Assembly (NCBI RefSeq): GCF_038025025.1 | Contig: NW_027117344.1 | Location: 496,001-560,000, forward strand | Length of the DNA: 64,000 nucleotides | Direction: 5' to 3' | Source: Phyllosticta citribraziliensis | Lineage: Eukaryota | Shown here: positions 13,594 through 25,481 of the stretch, piece by piece | Layout: each line of letters begins with the position of its first letter | Numbering within the stretch: the stretch's first letter is position 1 | Translations under genes and position numbers: made by a program | Notes under the pieces: model-generated | The model's input: the letters and a program-made list of their open reading frames with translations, nothing else | Database searches by the model: none | Told to the model about the DNA's origin: nothing

Positions 13594-14456
13594 GACGTGG
13601 GTGGGCATGAGGTGGTATAGCGGTTTTTTTGGACGACGACCACACCAGAACCAAATGTACCTCGGCTCAGGTCTGAATCGATGTGATTGGCCAAATCAAC
13701 GCAGACGGGCAGGGTGGTCGGAGACGGAACAACGGCTACGGCCGACGGAGCATTCGATTCGGACGTGCGCAACAGGGGTCCTGATGACACCTGCAGCAAC
13801 ATGGCTCCGAGCCTGACACAATCTTCACCACTTTTTGTCGACTTGCATAAGCCAGAAGTCTCCGGATGCAGAATGCCGACAATCATCTTCTTTGCTGGGA
13901 GAGCCCATTTCTTGGGGGAGGCCGCAGCACGCCTGCCCAGGTGTATGATTTCTTGTCGGTCAAATCAAAGCTCCGCTGCGCCACCTTACGCACGAGTCCT
14001 GTCAGTGGCCATCGCCTTTGGTCGCTGACATTCACCGCATGATGACAGGTTTCTTGTGGTGTTTTGCTGCGATATGACTGCCAGACGTTACCAGGCAGCC
14101 GCGCAGAGCCTCGTAGGGCTCAATAGAATGCCTTACCGCCACTTGGAACATCCAGGCTTGACAGACTGACCGATGTCTTCATATACGGGGCGTCTCGCCG
14201 TGACCAGACCGTGTGAACATATCTCATCGCCCATCGAACGGCCGTAGCATAAAAGAAGCCCGCCCTTTCTGCTAGCAGCCGATTGGCCCCGTCTTCTACA
14301 AGATTCCTCCGTGTCACTACATCAACTCCTGCACCAGCCTTGCAACTACCGGCTTCTTCACTACCGCGGTCCGCTCTTTTCTGGCCTCCCCTTTCTTGAT
14401 TACTCGACCATCTCGCACCGCCTCTGATTCCTATATCTTCACCTCCTGCCCTCGCC

Positions 14457-17400
14457 ATGTTGTCATACTTCACATCTTCGGTTTCTGCAAAAGAGGAAGA
14501 CATGGAAAATTCGGAAAACGTCCCCGTTCCGCAACCATATGGCTTGCCATTTGTTGGCAACCTTAACGCCATCGATGCGGAATTCCCCCTCGGATCGCTA
14601 GTTCGCCTCGCCGATACTTATGGTAGGTCTCGCCGTAACGAATCTTTCTGGTCTAACTCAGATTTACAGGCCAAATATACAGACTCAACATAACTGGCAA
14701 GACCCGCCTTTACATCTCATCTCAAGCGCTTTTGAACGAAGTCTGTGATGAGCGCCGATTCCACAAATCTGTCTCGCCCGCGCTCAAGGAAGTTCGTAAC
14801 GGTGTACACGATGGCCTCTTCACTGCGTACGGCCCGCAAGAGAAGAACTGGGGCATCGCCCACCGCGTCCTGATGCCCGCATTCGGTCCTATCTCCATCC
14901 GATCCATGTTCGACGAGATGCACGACATTGCCTCGCGTGAGTAGACTCTCTTACCTATTACCTATAAGATATTCCTAGTACTAATGACCCCTAGAACTGG
15001 TGATGAAGTGGGCTCGATACGGTCCCACCCATCCCATCTCGGTGACGGACGACTTCACGAGATTGACCCTGGACACGCTCGCGCTATGTGCCATGGGTTT
15101 CCGCTTCAACTCGTTCTATACAAATGACATGCACCCCTTTGTTCAAGCAATGGCCGATTTCCTTGTCGAGTCTGGCAACAGAGCGCTCAGGCCTGCCATT
15201 GCGCAGTCCCTGATGCGCCAGGCGCAGGCCAAGTACGACTCAGATATCGAGCTGATGCAAAAGACGAGCCAGGAATTGATTGATGCACGACGCCAGAACC
15301 CCACCGAAAAGAAGGATTTGCTGAACGCCATGCTTCAAGGGCGAGATCCAAAGACTGGCGAAGGGCTCAACGACCAGAGCATCACCGACAACATGATTAC
15401 CTTCCTGATCGCCGGCCACGAGACCACCTCTGGACTTTTATCATTCGTGTTTTACTACCTTCTCAAGACTCCCCAGGCCTACCAAAAAGCACAACAAGAA
15501 GTCGACCGCGTCATTGGCCAAGACAAGGTCAATGTTGACCATCTCTCGCAGCTGCCTTATATCACCTCGATCCTGAGAGAAACATTGCGCCTGGTCCCCA
15601 CCGCTCCCATATTCACAATGGAGTCGGACGTGCCAACAACACTCCAGGGAGGAAAATACCAGGTGCATCCAAACGAACCCATCCAGTGTCTTCTCTTCAA
15701 GGCGCAGCGCGATCCTGCTGTGTGGGGCGAAGACGCAGAAGAGTGGCGCCCCGAGCGCATGATGGACGGCGAGTTTGAACGCATCACCAAGGAGTTTCCA
15801 AACAGCTGGAAGCCCTTTGGCAATGGCATGAGGGGCTGCATTGGCAGACCTTTTGCCTGGCAAGAAGCCCTGTTGGTGGTGGTCCTCCTGATCCAGAACT
15901 TCAACTTCCACCTCGACGACCCTCAGTATACTCTCAAGTTCAAGCAAACCTTGACTATCAAGCCCAAGGACTTCAAGATGCGCGCGACCCTGCGTCACGG
16001 TCTCAACCCGACAACGCTGGAACACGCGCTTGCTGGTACTGCCGTCAGCACGCCCAATCCCACGCGGCCAGTTACTCCCAATGGGGTTCTAAAGTCTGGA
16101 ATTCCCTTTTCAATTTACTACGGATCGAACACTGGAACCTGCGAGGCCTTAGCTCGCAGATTGGGTAGCGACGCGTCTGCCCACGGATTTCAGGTCAAGA
16201 CTGTGGATTCGCTAGACAGTGCGAATCAGAATCTGCCAAAGGACCATCCCGTGGCAATTGTCACAGCCTCCTACGAAGGACAGCCACCGGACAACGCTGC
16301 GCACTTCGTGGCATGGCTTGAGAATCTCAAGGGCGAAGAGCTCAAGGGAGTCAACTACTCAGTGTTTGGCTGTGGTCACCACGATTGGGCTTCAACCTTC
16401 CACCGCATCCCCAAGCTTGTGGACCGTGTTTTGGAAGAAAGGGGAGGCAAGAGAGTCGCTGTCCTCGGCACCGCGGACGCGGCAGCTGGAGATGTCTTTA
16501 CCGACTTTGAACGCTGGGAGGACGAGGTATTCTGGCCAGCAATGAAGGAGCAATATGAAAGCTCTGGCGACTCGTCAGCAAACGCCCTCGATAACTTTGA
16601 CGTCCAGGTCTCTGCTCCCCGGCCGTCGATCCTCAAGCAAGACGTCAAGGAAGCACGTGTCCTCAAGAACGAAGTGCTCTCAGCGCCCGGTCACCCAGAG
16701 AAGCGTCACATGGAGGTCCAGCTGCCCTCGGACATGGAGTACTCTGTCGGGTCTTACGTGGCCGTTCTGCCGCTGAACCCAGAGGAGAACGTCGCACGAG
16801 TGATGCGGTATTTTGGACTGGCATGGGACAGCGTCATCACCATCTCGGCGGCGTCTCCCACGACGCTGCCCACTGACACGGCCATCTCAGCCCATGACCT
16901 CTTCTCGGCGTATGTCGAGTTGGACCAGCCTGCCTCCAAACGCAACGTCTCGACGCTGCTCAACCTCAGCAAGGACTCGGAGACGCGCACCGCGCTGGCT
17001 CACCTCTCGGGCGACGCCTTCTCCGCCGAAGTCTCTGCCAAACGCATTTCCGTCCTCGACCTGCTCGAAGACTATCCGTCCATCGCGTTGCCCCTATCTA
17101 CCTTCCTATCCATGACGCCGCCCATGCGCCTGCGCCAGTACTCCATCTCATCATCCCCCCTGACCAATCCGACCACCTGCACCTTGACCTTCGCCGTACT
17201 CGACGCGCCCGCTCTCTCCGGAGCCCCGCGCCGCCACCGCGGCGTCGCCTCGTCGTACCTGGCGCGCCTCGCCGCCGGCGACGCCCTCCACGTCGCAGTG
17301 CGGCCCAGCTCAAACAACGCCTTCCGGCCGCCGGCGCAGCCCGAAGACACGCCAATCATCATGATCGGCGCGGGAGCCGGCCTGGCGCCCTTCCGCGGCT

Positions 17401-17834
17401 TCGTCGCCGAGCGCGCTGCGCAAGTGGCCGCGGGCAGGAAACTCGCGCCGGCCGTCCTGTTCTTCGGCTGCCGCGGCCGCAACGCTGACGACCTGTACCG
17501 CGACGCGTTTGACGCGTGGGAGGCCGATGGCGTCGTCAAGGTGTACCGCGCGTATAGCCGGCAGACGGAGCACCCGGACGCCGCGGGCTGCAAGTACGTC
17601 CAGGAGCGCGTGTGGGCTGAGAGGGACGTCGTGACGGGGCTGTGGGAGCATGGGGCCAAGCTCTTCGTGTGCGGCAGTGCGGCGGTGGGCCGCGAGGTCA
17701 AGGAGACGTGCGTCAAGATTGCGGTCGAAAAGAGGCGCGAGGAGAAGGGTGGCGAGGAGGTGGACGTCGAGCGCGTGGAGAAGTGGTTTGAGAGCGTCAA
17801 GGGCGAGCGCTTTGCTACCGACGTCTTTGCCTAG
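14457..17834 (+). CDS. CYP505: Self-sufficient cytochrome P450/NADPH-P450 reductase fusion (CYP505/P450foxy type, probable fatty-acid hydroxylase), ~1090 aa; exons 14457-14622, 14670-14936, 14995-17834 (alternative start ATG 14502)
   Basis: I-helix AGHETT, ETLR (ExxR), PER, haem motif PFGNGMRGCIG; FMN domain YGSNTGTCE and TASYEGQPPDNA; FAD RQYSISS; NADPH GAGAGLAPF and FFGCR; C-terminus RFATDVFA. Confidence 0.97.
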
Positions 17835-19174
17835 TTTAAGGTTTCTTGTTCTTTCTTCTTTGGCTCTGGTTTCTACTGCTGTAGCTTCTTGGCCGGATAT
17901 AGATTTACTCGGCTTGTAGAATACTCAATTTATCATCTCATGAATACCATTTCTGGCACAACCTCAGCATGGACTCTTCGCGTATGTAGTTTGGCATTTT
18001 TTTGATATCATGGGGACGGTAAAAGCACAGAATACATTCAAGCATCGCTTAATCAAGCAGCAAGTCTTGTTATCGTCCCTTGAGACGGCACGGTCACAGT
18101 GGGTGTCGAAATAAATGACTCTCGCGGTCTGTCTGTGGCAATAAATGACCGCTTCCTAATCGCAATTATAGTGGTATATAAATGCTCCTAAGCGTGGACG
18201 TAGCAGTAAATAAGTGCTCCTTAAGATTGACCATAAGAGCAAATTAACGCTCCCCAGACGCATTTCTATTTCCAGGAGGTCTAATTTCTTTCGACGTCCA
18301 CTGTGCAGTGGTCAACAAGGAACTCCATCCAGGAAAGCGAATTGTGGTTGGTCTGGAAAGAAAGGCATTTAACAGGCAACATAGAAAGACAGACAAATTA
18401 CCGTCTGCCCAGGCCCAATTGGATTCGCATATCGCGCGCAGTAAATCAGTCTTTCCCACCTGCTCCTCGAACTGAGCGACGGCCGCATTTGGCTTCCCCG
18501 CTTCTTGTCATTCCTTGCTTTTCGGCAGACCCTGCCATAGCGGGGGTGATATTGCTAAGAAGTGATGGATCTCATGTTTCAGGTGTAAAATGTTTTCACT
18601 GCAAAACCATTGATCCCGTGCAAATGGCGGAGAAGAACAAGAAGCTCTTGCTGGTCACAATATGAATGTACTACGAAGTTAAGTTGGCTTAGGAACAGTC
18701 GCGTCGGTGATGGCGTTTTGACAAAAGAGATGGCGAGGAGGTAGCGCTGGTCGAAAAAGCTATCGAATTCTCAGCTGCACTCCACATTGTTGGTGAGCCA
18801 AATCGGAACGATTCCACGGCGATCTGGATCTCACAAGTCGGGTACCTGAAATACGGAGGTCTGACGTTATCAGGAACAGTGCGCGCCACCGGAGATGCGG
18901 ATTTAAGGCCAAGTAGTCGAAGCCGGAGCTACATGCTGAGACTTGCGCAATTCTCAATACCGCACCGCCTCCTTCTTTGGTAAGCTAGCACTCCTTTACA
19001 GCCACCGCGGACTTTAATTACTGGCGTGTCTTTATTGCCGTGGGAAGACCTGAAGTCGAAGTATAAGAATCTCGGGAAGATTGTAGCTCTTGTCGCAAAC
19101 CAACCCGCTGCATCCAGTTCGACTATCTCTTAAAATTCTACACCTTACATTCTTCCGAACTTTTCTCCGTCGCA

Positions 19175-20265
19175 ATGGCTCAAGTCAATGGCAAGGAAGT
19201 CGGCCGCATCGGCTTTGGTCTCATGGGTATGTTGCAAGTCCACCATGGAGTACTTTTGCCAACGTTCTTTCAGGCATGACTTGGCGGAACCCAGCTCCTC
19301 CAGTTGAGCAATCGTTCAAGGCGATGAAAGCCTCTCTGGCCATGGGAGCCAACTTTTGGAACGCCGGCGAGTTTTATGGCCCTCCCGAGTTCAACTCGTT
19401 ACACCTCCTCAACCAGTACTTCACCAAATACCCCGAGGACGCCGACAAGGTTCTCATCTCAGTCAAGGGTGGTCTCAAGCTTGAGAACCTCCACCCAGAC
19501 GGATCCCGCGAGGGCGTGCGTAGGAGCATTGACCAATCCCTCAAAGTCCTGGACGGCAAGAAGTTTCTCGACATTTTTGAATGCGCTCGGGTAGACCCAG
19601 ACGTTCCGATCGAAGAGACCATTGGTTATATTGCCGAGTACGTCAAGGCGGGCAAGGTCGGCGGCATTTCACTGTCCGAATGCAACGCAAACACGATTCG
19701 GCGCGCCGCGAAGGTGCACCCCATCGCTTGCGTCGAGGTCGAGTTCTCCCTCTACGCGACCGAGATTCTGGAAAACGGAATTGCAGAGGCTTGCGGAGAG
19801 CTGAATATTCCCATTGTCGCATACTCCCCTCTTGGGCGGGGCTTCTTGGTAGGTGCAGACAGCGGACACAAAGACGCAATTCGCTCACAAGTTGAACAGA
19901 CCGGCGCTATCAAGAAGTTTGAAGACCTTCCAGAGGGCGACTTCCGCAGGCACATGCCTCGCTTCCAGCCGGATGTCTTTGGCGAGAACCTCAAGTTGAC
20001 GCAAGAGGTCGAGCACATTGCACAGCAGAAGGGTGTGACTCCTGCGCAGGTCAGCCTGGCCTGGGTTCTGGCGCACAGCCGGAAGAACGGCTTGGCCGAG
20101 ATCATCCCTATTCCTGGCGCAACGACAGAGGCACGAGTGCTTGAGAACAACAAGCAAGTCACGCTGTCTGAGCAGGAGGTGATAATTCTTGGTGAAATAT
20201 TGAAGCGTATTGAGATCAAGGGCGGAAGATATCCTCCGGCACACGACCACCTGTTGAACGGCTAG
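19175..20265 (+). CDS. Aldo-keto reductase, pyridoxal-reductase (AKR8)-like, ~330 aa; exons 19175-19226, 19274-19848, 19900-20265
   Basis: Spliced start MAQVNGKEVGRIGFGLMGMTW, WNAGEFYG, ISVKGG, DIFECARVD, AYSPLGRGFLTG, TPAQVSLAW, IPIPG. Confidence 0.93.
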
Positions 20266-20868
20266 ATACGTGGTGTTTCGGATATCATGGCGACCATCAC
20301 TGGGTTCGAAGTACGATGTTTGGCTGTCTCGTCGAGTTAGCAAGGCTCCGCTGTATTTGTATTGTATCGAAGTCAATTGAAGGAGTGGTCAGATCAAGTG
20401 TAGATTTTGACACCATACGTTCGTCCCGAAAGAGAACTGTCTGGATTGCAGAATTCTTGTTTGTGCATCATACCACAAGTGAATTTGAAGGAAAGGAAAG
20501 AGCCCAAGACTTACCAAACAAAAGAATTCAACGTGTCTGTGCCAGGGCAGTAAGCATCACAAAGGCGACCGGCTTTCCAGTGGCGTTTGCCCGCACCTCT
20601 CCCATGAACAAGGTCACATTGGAGCGACCGGCAACGTTTGCAGTCGTCAAGCCATTGGTAAAGCCGTGGTAGATGTGGAGAGGAAGTCGGGAAGCGTTCA
20701 GTTGCTGTGCCGTGGAAATTTGTAGTGCCAGTCCGCTCCAGAGGGTGACGGAGACCAAAGGCGCAGTTGATTCCAGCGCACGGACCGCAGGCATCGCGGC
20801 AGCAGCTCAACACCTGCGCGTCGTCCCTTTCTCCACCACTCCACAGCACTTCCATCAACCGATTCACC

Positions 20869-22328
20869 ATGTCAGGCGCAGATTCTCCCGGATCGCCTTT
20901 GTCTGAACTCTCATCACAGGCGTTTGAAGAAGACGACAAGACCGAAGACCGCTCGTTAAGCGTCGACACCTACCACGATGCTGACCATGAGAGCGTGCGA
21001 CCCACGAAACGTCAACGGACAGGGCCCTCCGGGCTGTCTAATTATCGTGCCAGCTCTCCAGAGATGAGACATAATCAGGACCCAGACGACATCTACATTT
21101 CCGAAGACACCGAAGGGAGCGTGCCCGCAAGTCCAAATCACCCGCCCGGCCTCAGCGGCATGCAGGACGAGGAAAGCCTCGGTCAAGACCAGGTCACAGT
21201 ATGCAAATGGGATGGCTGTGATGCAGGCGACCTCGGAAACATGGACAAACTGGTGGACCATCTACATGATGACCACATAGGGACCAGGCAGAAAAAGTAC
21301 TCGTGTGAATGGAGCGATTGCGCACGCAAAGGCATCCCGCATGCTAGCGGCTACGCACTGCGAGCACATATGCGCAGTCATACGCGGGAGAAGCCATTCT
21401 ATTGCACACTGCCAGGTGGGTAAACCTATGGGCTTGAACCTCGCCCCTGCGTCGAGAAGCTAGGGGAAGAATCATGGCTAACAAGACTGTAGAGTGCGAT
21501 CGCGCCTTCACTCGTTCCGATGCCCTCGCAAAGCACATGCGCACCGTCCACGAAACCGAAGCTCTGCGGCCATCAGACCCGGTCCCCAAACACCACTCGT
21601 CGAACCCGTCAAACAAGGCCCAGCGCCTGCGGCTGGTATTTAAGAATGGAGTCCCCGAAAAGGCTGGCTCCCCCATGCCCGCTTCTCCCATGTCGCAAGC
21701 AAACACTTCGGTCATGGTTGGACAACACGGATCCTCCGGTCCAGTTGAGAACGAGTACGAGCACAACAATGTTGTATATCGGCCTGCCGACCCGGCCAAC
21801 CCCAACGGCCCCCGCGCCCGCAAGTTTCCTGCCGACATAGAATTCACTGAGGAGGAGCTGGCAATCTCGCCAGACCAGCTGGTAAGGCTGTTGGCCCGGC
21901 AATGCAAATGGGCACATCAAGAAGGCGAGTCGCTGAGGCTGGAAATTGAGCGCCTGGAAAAGCGGCGCTTGGAAGAGTGGATCAGCAAAGAATTGTTGCT
22001 CGAAAACGTCATGGAGGCCGAGGAGTTGCGCATGGAGCGTGTTGATCGTCTCATGCAGGACGAACGGTTCCGCGAGATCATGAGGGAAGATATCAAGACC
22101 AGCAAGGTGCTCGACGTGCAGCCAAGACCAAACTGGCGCGACCTACATGCTGAGAAGATGTCCCAAAAGGAGCGAGACAGCAAAGCGTTTGAAGGTGCTG
22201 CCGGAGTCTTGGCGGGATTGGCTGGAGCGCACGCTTCAACAATGGACCGCGATGAGAGACCAGAGACGGGAGACACGAACCAAACGGGAGGTGGTTCGGG
22301 ATGGACGAGTATTGAGGCTGGCCCTTGA
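20869..22328 (+). CDS. IEC1: GLI/PacC-type C2H2 zinc-finger protein, INO80 complex subunit Iec1-like, ~460 aa; exons 20869-21415, 21493-22328
   Basis: Three fingers: CKWDGC..LVDHLHDDH, CEWSDC..LRAHMRSHTREKPF, CTLPECDRAFTRSDALAKHMRTVH. C-terminal coiled segment EEWISKELLLE. Intron GTGGGT..GCTAAC..TAG. The symbol is less certain than the gene model. Confidence 0.88.
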
Positions 22329-25300
22329 GAATGATGCGTTACGGCGGAGCTGTCTGGTCTTCGGGAGCTTTCCACGTTGCTGACTCGATTCAGCGTAGAC
22401 TCGGTTCGGATGATTGCTATTCTTCTTCTTCCTCTTCATGTCTTCATTGACTGCTTTTACCTGCATGGATAAAGCCACGAAATCGAGCTTTTGAACTTCT
22501 AATGGGCGGATACGACGACATCAGAAGGACAGGATGAGCGAGGTGATAGCCACTGGCATTTCCAAGACCAAAGAACCAACTGTCATTTGAGCGTAGCTGG
22601 TGCAATTATTTGCGTTCTGAGGGTGATGGAAATCAAATTGTCCACATGCCTATCAAAGTTACTTCTAACAGAGCCATCCCGCAATCCCAATTGCAGATGG
22701 GCTCCATGAGATGAGGGTATTGGCTAGCCAGACAGGCCCGACTTCGCCTTATCTTCGCTATGCTCTCCGTTCCCGGTAGTCTCGTTCACCAGCATTTCGA
22801 CGCTTCGAGTCAAGTCGGGACGAGACGAGTCGCGTCGCAAAATGGCACGCTTGTTCCCCGTCGTCACACCAAAACCGCGTTCGGTAGGCGCGACATTCCT
22901 CAAAGTCTTCCTGTTGCGAATCACTTTCGCCTCGAGTTCGACAATTTACAATTGACCAGCACCATTCGAGACGCCTGAGGTCTTTTGGATTGGTCTCAAT
23001 GTGTGCACGAAGGTGAAATCGTCGGCTGTGGCGACTCCTGGCTAATGAGTTGTTCGGCGCAACGCGGCATGGTCAAGTCGTTTGTCGCGTTGTGTGTGCT
23101 TGCTCAAACATGACTCCCTTCACCACCCACCACACACCCCTCCGCGGCAATCCAGCCAATCAAATGTGAGCTAGAACGACAGTGGCTAACGGGGCGCGGC
23201 TCGTCTTGAGTCCTGCCTGCGACGCTTTGGCAAGTGGGTTGCCATTGCATGACCGAGTTGCCAGACCACGCCGGCTTTAGGGAACGGGCGCGCATCGTGA
23301 AAAAACCAGACGCACGGAAATGTCTCACACAGAGCAAGGCAAACATCGCCCAAGCGCCAGGCGGAAGCAAAAAGAAAGGGCAGATCGGCCAGGCCCGTTT
23401 TCCCAGCTTCTTCACTCGTGGCGCTCGTCGCTCGCGTGGCATGACGTCGGACGCTTTCCATCCCATCTCCAGGACACGACGTGGAGAACGGAATGCGCCG
23501 TTGGGCTCGTTGTCAGCTGTATGCTGTCTACACGTCGAGTACTTATCAACAAGTATACTGCTTAGCCGTGTACTCACAGAACCTAGCGTGTGCAGGTAGA
23601 CACAGAAGTACCGCGCAGCATCTGTACGTTGGAAACACGAATACAGCATGGTCAAGCGCCAGCCTGACACACAAGGTTTTCGGGCACTCATTTACCTCTC
23701 CAAGCATCCATGCGGTCCACGCGGTCGAAGAAGAGAGGCGCGCCCGTTGACTGAGTAAGTGGCTGCTTGCTGACTTGCGGACTTGCCGCAGTGGACTGAT
23801 TGACTGCGCTGAGGCAGGTGGCTGTTGGTCACCAGACCAAATTTCTCTCTGCCTCGTCGGTCAGGCATTGACGCGGTTCCGGCGGAGCGGTTCGCTTTGA
23901 AGTGTGTGTGTACAATACTTGCCACACGTGTGCGCGGAGCGCTCTGCAAACGAGCGGTGGCGAGAACATTTGTACGGTTTTGTGGCCAAACAAGGCCTCT
24001 GCGTTGTCTCGACGGCCTGCGTTGAAGAGAATGACTGCGTCGACTCGAACGTCATTCCTCGATGTACTGATCCTGCTGCAAGGGGTGGCTAATCTGCTGA
24101 GGTATCCTCCGAAAGCCATGTCAGCAGATTTTGAGTGTTCATCCCATCGACCTGTTGCACGCGGCAGAAGTGTCTCGAGAGGAAGAGAAAACATACTCGC
24201 TTGCGCGCAAAGCTAACCGTTTTGGGCAGGTCGTGAAGAAGGACGGGAGAACGAACGCCACCACTGCCTGTCTGCCTGCCAACCGAATCAAGCCTTTAGC
24301 GAACAACGCGGCAACGGTCAAAAGCGTCTTACCGCTCAATCCGTCCGAGATTCAATACATTTTGAACCAACACCACGCTATCCGTCGCAAAGGCAGTCTT
24401 CGGCTCCATTCACATCATCCAGTCCAGAGTAAGCATATCCAACGCCACCACCGCCGCCACCGGGCGTATCTTTACTCCACACCGAGACCTTGTATCACGC
24501 AACAAGTCGACAGGGGCCAGGGTGGGGTGAGGGCCGGGGTACATGGACTCAACGATATAACATATTAAGGGATGCCATCCCGCCAACCTACACATTTCCT
24601 GGCAACCCAAATGGGCCGTCAACCTTAAGGCACTTTGCTCTACCCCGCCAGCCCGCCAGCCAGCCACATCCACTGCGGGCTTGGTACGTCACATGAGCGC
24701 GCTCTCTTTCTCTCCAATCTTGTTGGCACGTTCTGCGAGGAGGCGCTTCGATTGCGAGGTTTTGGGGTGCAGATTGTGAGTGCGCTGTCTGCCCGCTTGC
24801 TTGCTGCGAGATACCGACCAATCAGGCCGCCTTGGAGCTCAGCGTAGGTGGGCAGGAAGGCGCTGAATGAGCACCGGCGGCGGCAGCAGCAGCAGCGTGT
24901 AGAATCTAAACACCAGAAACAAAGTAATGTACCTACCCATCCACCAGCTGTATCTCAGCACACAGCTCAAGCCGCCGGCCAGCCCTACCAACCACCTCTC
25001 CGCGCCCACGCCCCGCACCCGCGTCCGCCGTCGCGTCCGCGAAATCGTCCGCGAAATCGACAGATCACTGCGAGCGAACGGTGCCCGAGCCAGCCGACTC
25101 GACGGACGGATCAAGCCGATGCAAGCAGTCGAATGGCGATGGTCCAAAACAACACGATGCCGCACTGCCCCTATCTTCAAACTAATCAGCCCATCGCGCC
25201 GCCGCAGACCAACAGAAGCGGCACGAATGAACAAATGATACGAATGAAGGAACGAACGGGCGTGTGTGCGTGCCTCCCGTCCCGGCACTAGCCGTCCGAG

Positions 25301-25454
25301 ACACCACGGGCGTATGTACAGTGCGATCGGATAAAGCCGATCTGGGACGGGAGCGTCAGGCCTGCAGGCATGCAGGCATGCAGGCACACAGGCAGGCAGG
25401 CAGGGGAGACGACGGCGTAGCTAAACCAGACCAAACCGTAAGGCAGCAACAGCA

Positions 25455-25481
25455 GCGGCGGCGGCGGCGGCGGCGGCGGCG
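25455..25481. repeat. (GCG)9 microsatellite
   Basis: Read directly from the sequence. Confidence 0.9.

Noticed and set aside
18934..18962. TPP riboswitch-like GCTGAGA...ATACC upstream of the AKR gene
   Set aside because: The downstream GAACYTGAT and TAAT..CAGCG core elements are absent.
20391..20403. AGATCAAGTGTAG match to the U2 snRNA branch-binding region
   Set aside because: Only 13 nt; the flanking U2 sequence and Sm site are absent; it lies just downstream of the AKR stop codon.
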